From Paraphysomonas bandaiensis (lineage: Eukaryota; Protista; Chrysophyceae), in NCBI GenBank assembly GCA_965644295.1, contig CBFFRP010000041.1, forward strand, positions 186,001 to 250,000: a DNA stretch of 64,000 nucleotides, read 5' to 3'. A program made the position numbers and the translations under genes. Positions 63,747 to 64,000 of the stretch are shown one piece after another. Each line of letters opens with the position of its first letter. The first letter of the stretch is position 1. The notes below the pieces were generated by a model. The model saw only the letters and a program-made list of their open reading frames with translations, was not told the DNA's origin and ran no database searches.

Positions 63747-64000
63747 ATTCGGTCGAAATCTGGAAATGCCACAGGGATTGACCCACTATAGATTTTAGTT
63801 GCTGTGTGTTTTCAGTTTTAGGCTGTGTCTCTCTGGAGGTGTACACATCGCTCCCTGTGTGTGTATACATCTGTGAGCAGCTGATGCAGTTGCCTGCAGC
63901 ATCTCATTAGCTGAGCATTAGCTGAGCATAAGGTGAACGCTCAGATTCATTCATCCTCATGTTGGGGTTACTTAGACTATCAAACCTTTCGACATGGTTG

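Overview
Eukaryotic nuclear DNA, gene-dense and intron-rich, with short GT-AG introns (mostly about 40-60 nt) and the standard genetic code. The organism is probably a stramenopile-type protist (inference from gene style only). About 20 spliced genes can be reconstructed by hand: an M20 amidohydrolase, RUS1/DUF647, UBE2T, kinesin-5, CREG, an ankyrin-RING ligase, a CAMK-group kinase, a helical-repeat/M41 peptidase fusion, thioredoxin, LMBRD2, a lipase-like protein, a PWI/RGG protein, TSEN54, SPCS3, an FG-GAP membrane protein, DPH3, a bromodomain-ET protein, ETFDH, an ASCH-like protein, an SLC25 carrier and CUL4. There is also one tRNA-Gln(UUG) and an EF-hand reading frame broken by two stop codons. 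Most genes sit in head-to-head pairs around short TACAG/CTGTA-rich spacers. Intergenic DNA holds an internally deleted hAT transposon, a second TIR element, a probable MITE, and more than 10 fragments of a retroposon family that share a 3' tail. The most unusual observations are: (i) an FtsH-type protease domain with no AAA+ module, fused to OPR-like helical repeats; (ii) an ANK-coil-RING gene built only from phase-0, tandemly duplicated exon cassettes; (iii) (GTAT)n arrays that appear to fill 5'-UTR introns of two mitochondrial genes; (iv) a SINE-like unit that shares its tail with longer decayed elements; (v) a tRNA gene head-to-head with TSEN54. All family calls come from motif recognition; no database search was run.
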